A DNA stretch of 56,750 nt, filler included, from Jimgerdemannia flammicorona (lineage: Eukaryota): NCBI GenBank assembly GCA_003990765.1. It is 3 parts of 3 records of this genome, joined end to end, with 100 filler letters (N's around TTAATTAATTAA, not from the genome) between each part and the next. Parts side by side here need not be neighbours in the genome. Positions count along the whole stretch, not along the records: positions 37,905 to 56,750 come from RBNJ01002091.1; 2 more parts are not named here. One strand, given 5' to 3'. Within the stretch, counting starts at the first letter, position 1; every line of letters begins with the position of its first letter. Of the stretch, positions 46,155-56,750 are shown one piece after another. Under the pieces are notes generated by a model. The model did not search any database. It was not told where the DNA came from and was given only the letters and a program-made list of their open reading frames with translations. A program made the translations under genes and the position numbers.

Positions 46155-47359
46155 TACTCCTTTCTCTGCTACCTTACTGGTTACAATGGTTTGGTAGGCA
46201 ATCTTCCAAGTCTACTTTCTATAACTAATACTCTCTTTATCTTGAATTGGTTTGCTATACCTGTTGTAGAGCAGTGGGAGGGAGGTAATAGTGATGAGTT
46301 GCCCCTTTATCAGTATTAGATCAGTGTCTTTTCTACTTTTTTACAGTCTCTAGTACCTTTAGCTATATCTGGAATATACTTGTTTTAGTATAGCACCTTC
46401 TTCCTTTTGCCATTACCAACAAGGTATCATCTCAGTATATTATGAATTACATAGAGAGTCAGCTAATCTTGAGTATCAAGTGCTTAGTATAGGTTACCTG
46501 CAGATCTTTGGTATCTGTGATATGGCCCTCTGGCTTTGGTAAGCTTCCTGGTAAGTATAATTCTGGCATAGGTGACTGTTTTTCAGATGATGTCAGAATG
46601 GGAGAAGAGATGGCTATTACAGATAAGAGGAAGGACAATTACAGTAGACCAGTAGGATACTAAGCTAGGGGCAGTCATTGGGACTAGGGTGAGTACTGCT
46701 TCAGTAAAGTCTTTTGATTAGTATGGGATAGTTAGGTAGTAAGTATCACTCTCAGCTACTTTTGGCAATTCATAGAGTTAGGCCCCAGTTATTAGAGGTG
46801 GCTAGGGAGCATGAGGCTACCTATATCAGACATCTTGACTATACTCAACTAGAACTAAGAGCTGATATGGTAATATGATTGAGGTCCACAGACTTGAGTA
46901 GTGAGATATTGGGGATCTCTTCCTATCTTACATATAAATCCTCTACTTATCTCACTTGAGAGAACTAGGCCCTACACTATTCTATACCTTGAGGAGGGTT
47001 TTTTCTTTATCTGTTATTTCTACTTGGGGTGGTAGGGGCTATTCTATTCAGCTTAAGCATGACCTTATATATATATTAGAGTTTCAGATATATGCTTTCA
47101 GTTATTGATATATAGCTGAGTTCCCCCTGATAATAGGGAGAGTATAGTATGCAGAATGAGATATGGGCCACTATAGGCCCTACTGCATCTGGCATGGTCA
47201 AGCTGCTGGACAATAGCTAGCCTAGGTTTAATAGGGAAACAGTGCTCAATAGGTGGTAGAAGAGGGTTTTGACCTATATAGTCTAAGTTTCCTTTCAATA
47301 AAAATCTATGGGACTCTGAGTCCATAAAACGAAAACAAAAAACAAAAAACAAAAAAAAA
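46155..47359 (+). mobile_element. ~1.2-kb polyadenylated non-autonomous retroposon (SINE-like), copy C (oldest)
   Basis: Same 5' end (CTCCTTTCTCTGCTACCTTAC) and an A-rich tail. 16-bp TSD with two transitions: AATAGTAATAAAAGAA (46139-46154) and AATGGTAACAAAAGAA (47358-47373). Inserted in the Copia RNase H. Confidence 0.85.
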
Positions 47360-48079
47360 TGGTAACAAAAGAAACTATATAGCTTTATAAACTATTAAAA
47401 AAACTTAACTTTACTTAAAAGAATCTTATACTGATTAAGTAAGATAATTAGTTGATAATAGTATTTACCAAGAACCCAGTACATTATAGTAGACTAAAAC
47501 ATATCAATATATAATATCATTTTGTATAAGAATATATAAGAAATGGTACTATATACTTGAAATACATCTCCACAGAGTAGTGCATTACAATCTGAGCCAA
47601 CCTATATATATATTTAACCCAACCTGGAATTATATATCACCCATCTTTAATCTGACCCAGAATTAAACATTATCCATCTTTAACCTGACCCAGAATTATA
47701 CATAACCTATCTTTAACCCAATCTAAAAAATATATATAACCCAATCCAAGAAATATATATGACCTGACTCTGACCTATATTTAACCTGATACAGACCTAT
47801 CTTTAATCTGCCTTTAAGCTACAAGGTACTAAAAAAAAAAAATTGTACATCTAAGATATATATTTAGAATAAATAAACAAAAACATAATTAGAAATCAGA
47901 AATCAAAATAAAATCAAAAATAAATAGGAAATAAATTAGGAAAATAAAAAACTTACTGGTGTAAACAGATCTTACTCTTCATTACTATAAACCAACTGAT
48001 CCTCCTCCTTCTCATATTTTGAACCATCTTCTTCCATATATTCTGAACTGCTTTCCTCTATATTCTCCTCCTCTATATC

Positions 48080-48425
48080 CTTCTCTACACTGATCTTCTC
48101 TATGCTAATCTCTATTTCATCCTCCACACTAATCTTCCTGTATTCCTCTATACTGATCTCCTCTATGCTGACCTCTCCATATTTCTCTGCACCAACCTCT
48201 TCATATTTCTCCATGCTGACCTCCCTATATTCCTCTATACTGACCTCCCTATATTTCTCTGTACTGACCTCTCCTATGCTGACCTCCCCTATACTGACCT
48301 TTCTATGTTCCTCCATACTGACCTCTCCTGCACTGATCTCCCCTGCACTGACCTCCCCCACACCAATCTCTCTACTGACCTCTCTACCAGCACTGACCCC
48401 TCTACTGGTACTGACCTCTTCTACC
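48080..48425. repeat. 15/24-nt minisatellite inside the hAT element
   Basis: Repeated CTGACCTCTCC…; the minus frame reads GEVSAGEISAGEVS…EKYREVS. Confidence 0.75.
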
Positions 48426-48936
48426 TCTCCATCTCCTCCACCACCACTCCTCTCAACAAAATATACAAGCCTACTATCTATCAGTTGTATATAAAATATT
48501 TTGTCATTCTTTACTGGTACTTATTCAAATATGGCTAGCAGTTTTTTGTATTCATCTATGATGACAATTCCATTTAGACAATCTCACTTATTTTACACTT
48601 TGGCATTCACCTTGAAGCCAGTATGGTATGATAAATATTCCATAATTTTCATATAGTTTTCTATCACTCTTATGACTTCTTGCCTCAGTTGGTTATCATG
48701 TACTTTCTTAATGCATTTATTGGCCATAGTAAAAGTATGCCTAATGTCTGATTTATAAGGCCTTTTCTCTATAAGGTTTGGGGTATCTGGGAAATTGGTT
48801 TGGCAATGCTTCCAGGTAGTACTTGGGCAAACTTAATGGTAAAAATAGCAATTGTAGCAAGATTTGCACTCCAGCCCAGGCTTATAAGTTGGAGGATATA
48901 TATATTTTGAATATTATTAGGAAAAAAATTCAGACA

Positions 48937-48998
<62 letters not shown>

Positions 48999-49998
48999 AA
49001 CTTTTTTGAGCTGCATTATTGAGATCTGATAGGAGACCTTGTGCTTGCAAACTAGCAGCAAGCTGGCAGTCAAGCTGGAGATTGGAGAGCTAAGGGTCAG
49101 TGAGCTGGGAGTCAGTGAGCTCAGCAACCTGGGTATCAGCAAGCTCAGCAGGCTGGGTGTCAGCAAGTTCAGCAGGCTGGGTATCAGCAAGCTGGACATC
49201 TTTAGGGCACTGAGTTTTGGGATGGCAAGCTGAAGTACATTGAGCTTAGGAAGGGTCAAGTAAATACTTATTGGCTGGGTAGTCATATCTATGTTTTCTC
49301 AACATAGTGGTGAATTAAGTGAGACAAAGTGAAGGATAAGGTATAGCAAAGGATGAGGTAAAAAGAATAAGAGGTAAAAGTAAGCTTTCAATATCTTAAA
49401 TGTTCAAAAGCTATAATATCTTTCAGAAGCTCTTTTGGAATCTCTTCAAAATCTCTTTCAAAACCTATTTCTAAATTATATATTGTTTGCAATCTGAGGA
49501 ATGAGGGTGAGGGAGGTAGAGGAATATGTGAGGGTTATGCAAGAGAAGTGGAATACAAGAGGAGTGGAATGCAGTGAGAAAAGCTCTGGATTATAAGCAT
49601 AAGTATAAGCATAATTGCAAGCTTTGCTCTACTCAGCTGATAGCTGATATCATATGATATCAGCTTATTATCAGCTTGTCAGACTAAGTAAAGCAAAGCT
49701 TATACTTATGTTTATGCTTATGCTTGTAATCTGGAGCTTTCCTCACTGTATTCTACTCCTCTCTGCATAATTCAGCAGATTCTGCCTAAGCTCCAATTGA
49801 GTGAGGTTTGCAATGAGATTTGAGCAAGGTTTATAGTACATTTGGGTAAGATTTGTAATAAGATTTATAGTGAGGTTTGAGCAAGATTTGCAAGTAAGAT
49901 TAAAGTGAGATTTGCATAAACCAGGCTTTGCAAGCCTTATGCTTACAAGTCTAGACAAGCTCAGTCACAAGCTGATATGACATATATATAAGCTAATA

Positions 49999-51598
49999 CA
50001 GTAACAGCCAAAACTGTAACAATGTTTAGTTATTTTTTATATATAATTATATTATAGCTTTAATATAAATACAATAAAATCCAAATTTTTACCATTAATA
50101 ATATAGTATCTCAGCTTTTGAATGGTATATTTTTTATTTTATTTGGATAAATATAGACATTAATATAACCATTTTAAGTTATATTACCATTATTATAGTT
50201 TTGACCCTCTTGGCTATCCAAACCTGTTTGGGTTCACCACGTGCCATTAAGTTGGGCTATAATTATCCACTTTTACTACAGTGTTGTTTCAGACATTCTT
50301 TATCACTCTACGGTGTTTTGCCATCATTTTCAAGCAATGAAAAAGCTTTCTGTCGATATTCGTAACTGCATCATCTACTTACTACAATCTGGTTTATCCA
50401 CACACAAGATTGCCAAAGAAACCAATGTGAGTGCAATGACAGTAAACTGCGTAAAAATGGTGTATTGCAACAATATTCCTTCGTTGAAAGGTAGTCATCT
50501 GACTATGTTTTCAGCCTGGAATGAAGCATGGATCGCCCACTAAGTTACAATTGGTAAAGCAGATAATACCACCAAGGTTGTAAAAGCCCTTCAAGAAAGT
50601 GGCAAAAAGGCGAGCCTTAGTACAGTAAAATGAATGCTCTGAAAGGCTGGCCTCAAAGTGTACATGAAGCAAAAGAAATCACTTTTGCTGCCTCACCACA
50701 TAAAGGTACACTATGAATTTGCTACGAAATACAAGCATTGGACAGTTGCCAACTGGAAAACTGTTATGTTTTCTGATGAAACAAAGATTAACCATTTGGG
50801 CTCTGATGGACATGAATAGATATGATGTAAATCGGGCAGTGGTGGGGAGCTCCAACCAAATCAGGTGACCAGAATGCTAAAATTCAGTAGTGGATCATTA
50901 ATGCTTTGAGGATGTATGACATACAAGGGTGTCAGATATACATGCCAAATCGAAGGCTGAATGAATGCCGAATTATATACTAGTATTCTTGGTGATGAAT
51001 TGCTTCAAACGATCAAGTATTACAAACTTAATCAAAAAAAGATCACCTTCCAACAGGATAATGATTCCAAACACATGTCCAAAATTGTGTGCGAATGGTT
51101 CAAAAACAACTCTATCCATACATTAGACTAGCCAGTGCAATCGCCAGACTTCAACCCCATCGAACATTTATGGTGCGAACTTAAAAAATGATTGAATACA
51201 TATGATGAACTACCTGAAGGAATACTGGAATTATGGGAGCGTATACAGCATGTATGGAATAACATTCCTAAAGATGTTTGTATCAAATTAATTGAAAGTA
51301 TGCCCAGGTACATTGCAGCAGTGTATAAAGCCAAAGGTAGATATGTTAAATACTAAATAAAAATAAATAAGAGGTTTGGATAGCCAAGAGGATCAAAACT
51401 GTAACAATAGTAATATAACTTAAAATGGTTATATTAATGTCTATATTTATCCAAATAAAATAAAAAATATACCATTCAAAAGCTGAGATACTATATTATT
51501 AATGGTAAAAATTTGGATTTTATTATATTTATATTGAAGCTATAATATAATTATATATAAAAAATAACTAAACATTGTTACAGTTTTGGCTGTCACTA
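49999..51598 (+). mobile_element. Tc1 (DD34E) DNA transposon with 227-bp TIRs
   Basis: TA TSD (49997-49998, 51599-51600). TIRs 49999-50225 and 51372-51598, beginning CAGT. Confidence 0.95.
50337..51356 (+). pseudogene. Tc1 transposase pseudogene (339 codons, several stops)
   Basis: MKKLSVDIRNCII… HTH region, VMFSDETKIN, FQQDNDSKH and *PVQSPDFNPIEHLW with D-34-E spacing. Stops arise from CGA>TGA and TGG>TAG/TGA. Confidence 0.93.
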
Positions 51599-52329
51599 TA
51601 TCATATGATGTCAGCTATTGACTAAGCTTATAAGTATAAGGCTTACAAAGCCTGGCTTATGCAAATCTCACTTTAATTTTACTTGCAAATCTTACTTTAA
51701 TCTTGCTTGCAAATCTTACTTTAATCTCACTTGCAAATCTTGCTCAAACCTTACTGTAAATCTTGCTCAAATATATATAAACCTCACTCAAATATCATTG
51801 CAAACCTTGCTCAATTCAGGCTTATACAGAACATACTGAATTACATAAAACACACTGAATCTTCAAAGTATGTAGTTGCATGATAGGTACTAGTTTACTA
51901 CCTGTACATATTTATTCATCTATCCTCTGTCTACAATCAATCATTGGCTATCACATCTTATGTCACCACCTTGCTACTCTCCATCTTACTGCCTCCCAGC
52001 TTGCTGACTCCTGTTCTAGGCCCCATAGTTCCTGGCTTTCTCCACTGCTCACCACCTCCCCCCAACTCTCCACCCCCTAGTTCACTGCCCTCTTAGCTCA
52101 TTCCCCCAGTTCACTACTCTCTAGCTTGCTACTTCTTAGCCACTTTCTAGCTCTCAGCCTCCCACTCAAGCTTCTGGTCTCTGTCATCATTAAATACTTT
52201 CAAAATATCTAAAGATTAAGAAGTATATTTAGGAGAAATCTTGGAACCATCAGATGATATATCAGAGGATATGTATATCAGAGAATATATTGGAGGATAT
52301 ATTAAATATCTCCACTAGTTTATTATCAC

Positions 52330-54570
52330 TAATGAGCATGAAAATAAAAATAAAAACAAACCCTAGTGATAGCTGGGTGTGGAATTATGCCACAAAGGTA
52401 GTTTTATACATTGTGCTAATGATTACATTTATAGAGATAGTTGGTCTCATCAGTTGTAAGAGTAGTCAGTCATAAGGGTAGTCAGTTGTAAGTAATTGAG
52501 GTTCTAATATAGTCTCATATCTCTCTATTCAAATAGAATTTATAAAGTAAGCTCATCAGTTGTAACTATTGTATGACTTAAAGCTATATATTGAAGGACA
52601 GCAATATCAATAATCTTAAATGACATCTCTGGAAGCATCACAATACTATGCTCTTACCTCTCTAGTATGCTAAGAATCCTTGCTAGTCTAAGAAAGATAA
52701 TATTATGAGTATGGATAAAATGAAATTCAGAAAGTACTTAGGAGGTTATTAGAAAAATAATTTATCAAATTTTATTATTATAAATAGAAACACACTAGTA
52801 AGACTTTAAGTGATGAAAATTTCCATCAGTTAATTGCCAACTTTATAGTCACTGAATATCAGCCATTCTCTACTATCAAAAATACTAGCTTTAAGTATCT
52901 CTTTCACATATTATGCCCTGATCTGGCTCTTCCATTGGCTGATATAATTTTGCAAGTTATTCAAAAGGAATTCAAACTATTGTAGACTCAAGTAAAAGCA
53001 AGACTAGTAGGGCTTAAGTTAAAGGTATCACTTACACTTAATTATTGAACATTAGATGTTAATATCAAGACTTTTCTTAGAATAACAGCCCATTGAATTG
53101 ACAGTAATTAGAAGATATATAACATTATCTTAGACTTTGAAAATAATACACATAGGTACCAATCTTGCAAAAAGTCTGGAGCTAATAATAGATAATTTAT
53201 TACCTAGAGATAATTAAATCATTGCTATTATATATGACAATACTAGTAACAACAATACTCTGTTTAAGAATCTCTATCATCTACTCACTCATGTATACTA
53301 TTTTGGATATATGTTAAATCTCATCATTTATAATACTCTTGGTTATCTTAGTGAGCCCATTAGAAAACTATGAGAGTTGATAAAGAAGATCAAAAATTCA
53401 GTATAATAATAAGTATACAACTGGTAAAGATCTGTGAATCCTCTGGAATTTCCATTTTGAAGCCTCTCTTAGATATTATGACAAGATAGAGTTCTATACA
53501 TAAAATGTTAGCATATGCTTTGGAGATTTGTAAGGTAAGATTTTGAATCTATTTATATAGATTTTGGAATATGATTTGAAAGTATTTTGATACTAAATAA
53601 ATTGATATTACATCCAAATAGGGCTTGAATATATTGAGTGCCATAGATAAGCAAATGAGTAATATATCTGAAGATATATGGCAACAATTTGAATTAATTT
53701 GCCAATTTCTTGAGCCTTTTACCAAAGTGACAACTGTGATATTAGCTTTGAAGTATCCTATAATAACAGCTGTTATTCCACTATTTAATCAGCTATATAA
53801 TCATCTCAAAGATATTATTGATATATATCAAACTGGTGAACATTTTAATCAGATATATATATGATTTTGAAAGTAATTTTATTTGTAAATTTAGAAACTA
53901 ATTTCATAAATAATTGGAAAGTAATATATATATATTTTCATTTATTTTTTATTTTTTATAGATAATACTTACTACTACTGAGAATATATATATGAAACTT
54001 CTAAAGTATTACTATAAGATGACACCATTATACAGCATAGCTTTAGCCTTAGATCTATGTATCAATATGTGTTATTTCCATTGTGAGCAATGGAAAAAAT
54101 CCTTAATTGATAAATGGAAGAATCAGATGGAACTATCTGGAAAAAGGAGTATAAGTCTGTTAATGTTATCATTATACTTTCAATATCTCATAATACTAAT
54201 GATTTTATTAACTCAATATATGAGAAGAAACAGTATATCAATGTGGATGATAAGCTTGAATGGTGGATATTGTTTTTATATTTTTTGGTTGATTTAGTTG
54301 ATTTGGTTGATTTTTACTCATATTTCTCTGTTTCAGTTATTTTTCAGAGAATCTAGCTGATTCTCATATAGATATACTGAATTAGTAGTAGTGAAATCAG
54401 TCAGTATATCCTAATCTTTTACAAATAGCTCATGATTATCTTGCTATTTCAGTAACATCTGTTCTATTTGAACATATTTTTTCTATTGCTAATGAGCTGG
54501 TGATTGAATGTCAAAACAGCTTATATATAAATATAATTTGTACATACATGTGTTTGGATTCTTGATGATC
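52330..54570 (+). pseudogene. hAT transposase pseudogene with introns
   Basis: SWVWNY (BED-like start), FIVTEYQPFS, VSLTLNY*T…ITAH*ID, YDNTSNN, KPLLDIMTR*SS, FLEPF, ALALDL, and IAHDYLAISVTSVLFEHIFS (hAT dimerisation motif). Confidence 0.85.
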
Positions 54571-55376
54571 TTCAGATATTTTTCACTTCTAATTACTCTG
54601 AATATTATCCAAATATTATCTGAATTATTTTTTCAGAATAGAGTTCAAAGGGTTAGGTTCAGAGTTGGGTTCAGGTATTAGGTTTAGAGTTAGATTCAGG
54701 GGTTAGGTTCAGGTTTGGGTTAAGAATAAATAATGGGTTAAGTGATATACATTTTCAGGTCAGATTAAAGATGGGTTATGTTTAATTCTGGGTCAGGTTA
54801 AAGATGGGTGACATATAATTCTGGGTCAGGTTAAAGATAGGTAACATATAATTCTAGATTGGGTTAAAGATAGGTGATGTATAATTTTGGATTAGGTTAA
54901 AGATGGGTGATGTCTAATTCCGGGTTGGCTGTTTTATGGGTTGGGTTTTGGGTTAATCAGGTTGGGTTTGCAGAGCACTACCACAGAGTATATGATCACC
55001 AATTTACTTATGAAAGCCCTTCTAAGGTCAAAGTTTGAACAATGTATTAAAGAAATATGACTTTTTAAAACATTATGAGATAATGCACTCTCTATGCCAG
55101 CATTTTAGCAAAGCCTAGCAGTTAATCACAGGATATTTTTCAGGCCCTCAAAAGCCTCCCTTACCACATTACATTTTCATACATATATTTACATCCCTCA
55201 TCTACGAGTGGATTATGTGGATTACATATGTTGTTTTTTGGATATTTCGGATATATTTCAGAACACTTTTCGACCCACGAAAATTTCTAGATAGCTGTAT
55301 TTCTGGGTTATATGCAGTTCTAGTTGTTGCATTGCTTTTTTACTCTAGTTTGCCAAATTATCTCGTTGAGCGGGAG

Positions 55377-55491
55377 TGTTGTCGATATATCAGCACGTGA
55401 CTTACGCCATTCCATCAGTTTTACGTCATTCTTCAGTAACGCGACCTACGCAACTTCAATAAAGTGCCTCTCTCTCTCTCTCTTTACAACA
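55377..55491 (+). repeat. Copia 3' LTR (115 bp)
   Basis: TGTTG…CAACA, preceded by the purine tract GAGCGGGAG. Contains AATAAA. Confidence 0.8.
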
Positions 55492-56030
55492 AACTGACTC
55501 ACTGGACCGCTCACATTGCTCATCGACTCTCATCTTTCATCCTGTCCCAAGTCTGACACGACAAATTCCGTTCCACATAAAATGATCCACAAGAACACCT
55601 AACATCGCATGCAATTTATCAACTGAACGGATATACAATACACACCCGTGTGGTCATTCGAAACTGCTACAAGAATTGGGAACTGCGAAACGGAAGGAAA
55701 GACAGAAGCGTCAAAGAAGAAAAAGAGCAAGAAAAGAAATATGAGATTGAAGTGGTGCGGGTTATCTAATGCATATGATGACGTTCGGGGCGGTGGGAGC
55801 GGTTATTGTTTTCTGAGGTGAGAATCACTCTACTCTCTCCCACTAAAACAAACGAATTAATGAATGATAGTCAAGTCAAAAAGGAAAAGCTGCAAGAATA
55901 TTCGTTCGCCCCGTCAACTTCCTCCACGCCATGGTCAATAAATGGCCATGGATCAAGAGCGAGGGAGAAGCGAGCGAAACGAAACAAAAGGCTTACAAAG
56001 GATAAAAAAAAAAAGAAAAAGAAAAAAACA

Positions 56031-56521
56031 TCACGCTATCCCTAGCCGGGCGCCCATTCCCATCAAACGCCACCACGGCCTGCAGCCACGGCGGATACCC
56101 ACCGAGCACAAGCTTTCAAAATCTATATCACCTTCGCAGGCTCCAAACCACAATCTCTGTAATGTTCCCCATTCAATCCAACAACTCTTTGTGCCGGAGA
56201 ATCGAGAAGTATCGCGCCGTACAGGAGAAGAGGCTCCAGTCTGTGGCCGCCGTTGGCACGTATTTAATAATGGGGACGGACGTGAGCGGTTGCAATTTTC
56301 ATCAAGTAATGACATGCATTTATACACCACCCAATCTCCCCTTTAAGCCCCACTTACCGAAGTTGTTGTCAGCGTTACAATGGCACTTCAGCTGCAGTTC
56401 GCGCTCCTGGGGGCAGTGCATGAATGGGTTGTGACGGTAGCCAATGTCGTTGAAGAAATGAATCTCGGACGGGTCTAGAAAGATGGCAGCGGCGATTGAG
56501 TGCACGGGTGCATCACCCCAT
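56031..56521 (-). CDS. 3' exons of a GT15 (KRE2/MNT1/KTR-family) alpha-1,2-mannosyltransferase; partial, the rest lies beyond the window
   Basis: Exon 56521-56358 (AG…GTAAGT) encodes [38 protein letters not shown]…CHC…NNF, the conserved GT15 C-terminal motif. The last exon (~56122-56031) is tentative. Confidence 0.85.
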
Positions 56522-56750
56522 CTTTTTTTGGAGGGTGAAAAATAAAAATAAATAAAAAAATGGGGAGGAAGAGGAAGAGGATTGTCAAGAGTCGAAGGGT
56601 CTGGAGGGTTATAATACCGGAATGGGCTTCCTATACCCCGTTGCACTATAATTCGACGTTGTGTAGTTGTACCATACAGTGTCTCGCGCATATTTGTATC
56701 ATCACGGTTATAAAAATCCCAAACCCTGCCATCACCCAAGCTCCCCCCCC

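Larger units (their letters stand above)
48902..52208. mobile_element. Foldback/MITE-like palindromic element nested in hAT (outer limits approximate)
   Basis: Arms ~49770-49990 and ~51600-51845 are reverse complements. Separate hairpin at ~49563-49757. Looser inverted similarity between ~49040-49250 and ~51990-52170. Ends ATATTTTGAA / TTCAAAATAT. Confidence 0.6.
47578..54980 (+). mobile_element. hAT-superfamily DNA transposon (decayed, with nested elements)
   Basis: 8-bp TSD CCACAGAG (47570-47577, 54981-54988). TIRs TAGTGCATTACAA / TTGCAGAGCACTA. Mirror-image ~33-bp subterminal tandem repeats (~47615-47810 and ~54755-54930). Confidence 0.9.
45190..55491 (+). mobile_element. Decayed Ty1/Copia retrotransposon (RT, RNase H, PPT, 3' LTR) with nested insertions
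   Basis: KLYKILYSIK* (LYGLKQ-like), V*VDDIII, FKMIDMG, PYKQVISLLIY…IRPDISY, TNWADNLDD, KTKHINI*YHFV*E. The RNase H tail ISTEYMITNLLMKAL resumes after the hAT at 54981. PPT GAGCGGGAG, then LTR. Confidence 0.85.

Noticed and set aside
48944..48996. 53-nt poly(A) as a retroposon tail
   Set aside because: No TSD or recognisable upstream element. Treated as a homopolymer within the nested repeat.
54648..54960. GGGTTA-like hexamers resembling an interstitial telomere
   Set aside because: They are subterminal repeats inside the hAT ends, mirrored at 47600-47810, and are not in tandem telomeric register.
55806..56434. Plus-strand ORFs at the right end
   Set aside because: Low-complexity frames antisense to the GT15 exons and 3' region, with no recognisable domains.

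Overview
This is eukaryotic, almost certainly fungal DNA: it has TTAGGG telomeres, a GT15/KRE2-type mannosyltransferase fragment, and an intron-rich HRDLHPGN-type kinase that suggests an early-diverging lineage such as Mucoromycota (inference). The window is three contigs (1-18854, 18955-37804, 37905-56750; 18854/18850/18846 bp, apparently size-sorted) joined by artificial N44-TTAATTAATTAA-N44 linkers, so adjacency across the linkers is meaningless. Contig 1 is a chromosome end. (CCCTAA)n is followed by a head-to-tail array of five copies of a ~5-kb APE-endonuclease/RT non-LTR retrotransposon, all reading away from the telomere, each separated by a short CCCTAA tract and lacking a poly(A) tail. 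This telomere-targeted LINE is the main candidate novel system. Contig 2 is a second chromosome end. It holds a telomere added into a broken IS3EU-like transposase, an older sixth LINE copy ending on a fossil telomere tract, a decayed Gypsy-like element, and an apparently intact kinase-LRR gene with one 84-nt exon per LRR. Contig 3 is a nest of decayed transposons (Copia, a dUTPase-bearing Gypsy, a solo LTR, hAT, a foldback element, Tc1) followed by the 3' part of a GT15 gene. A ~1.2-kb polyadenylated SINE-like retroposon occurs once in each contig. Repeats show heavy C>T/G>A decay while the genes keep their CpGs.
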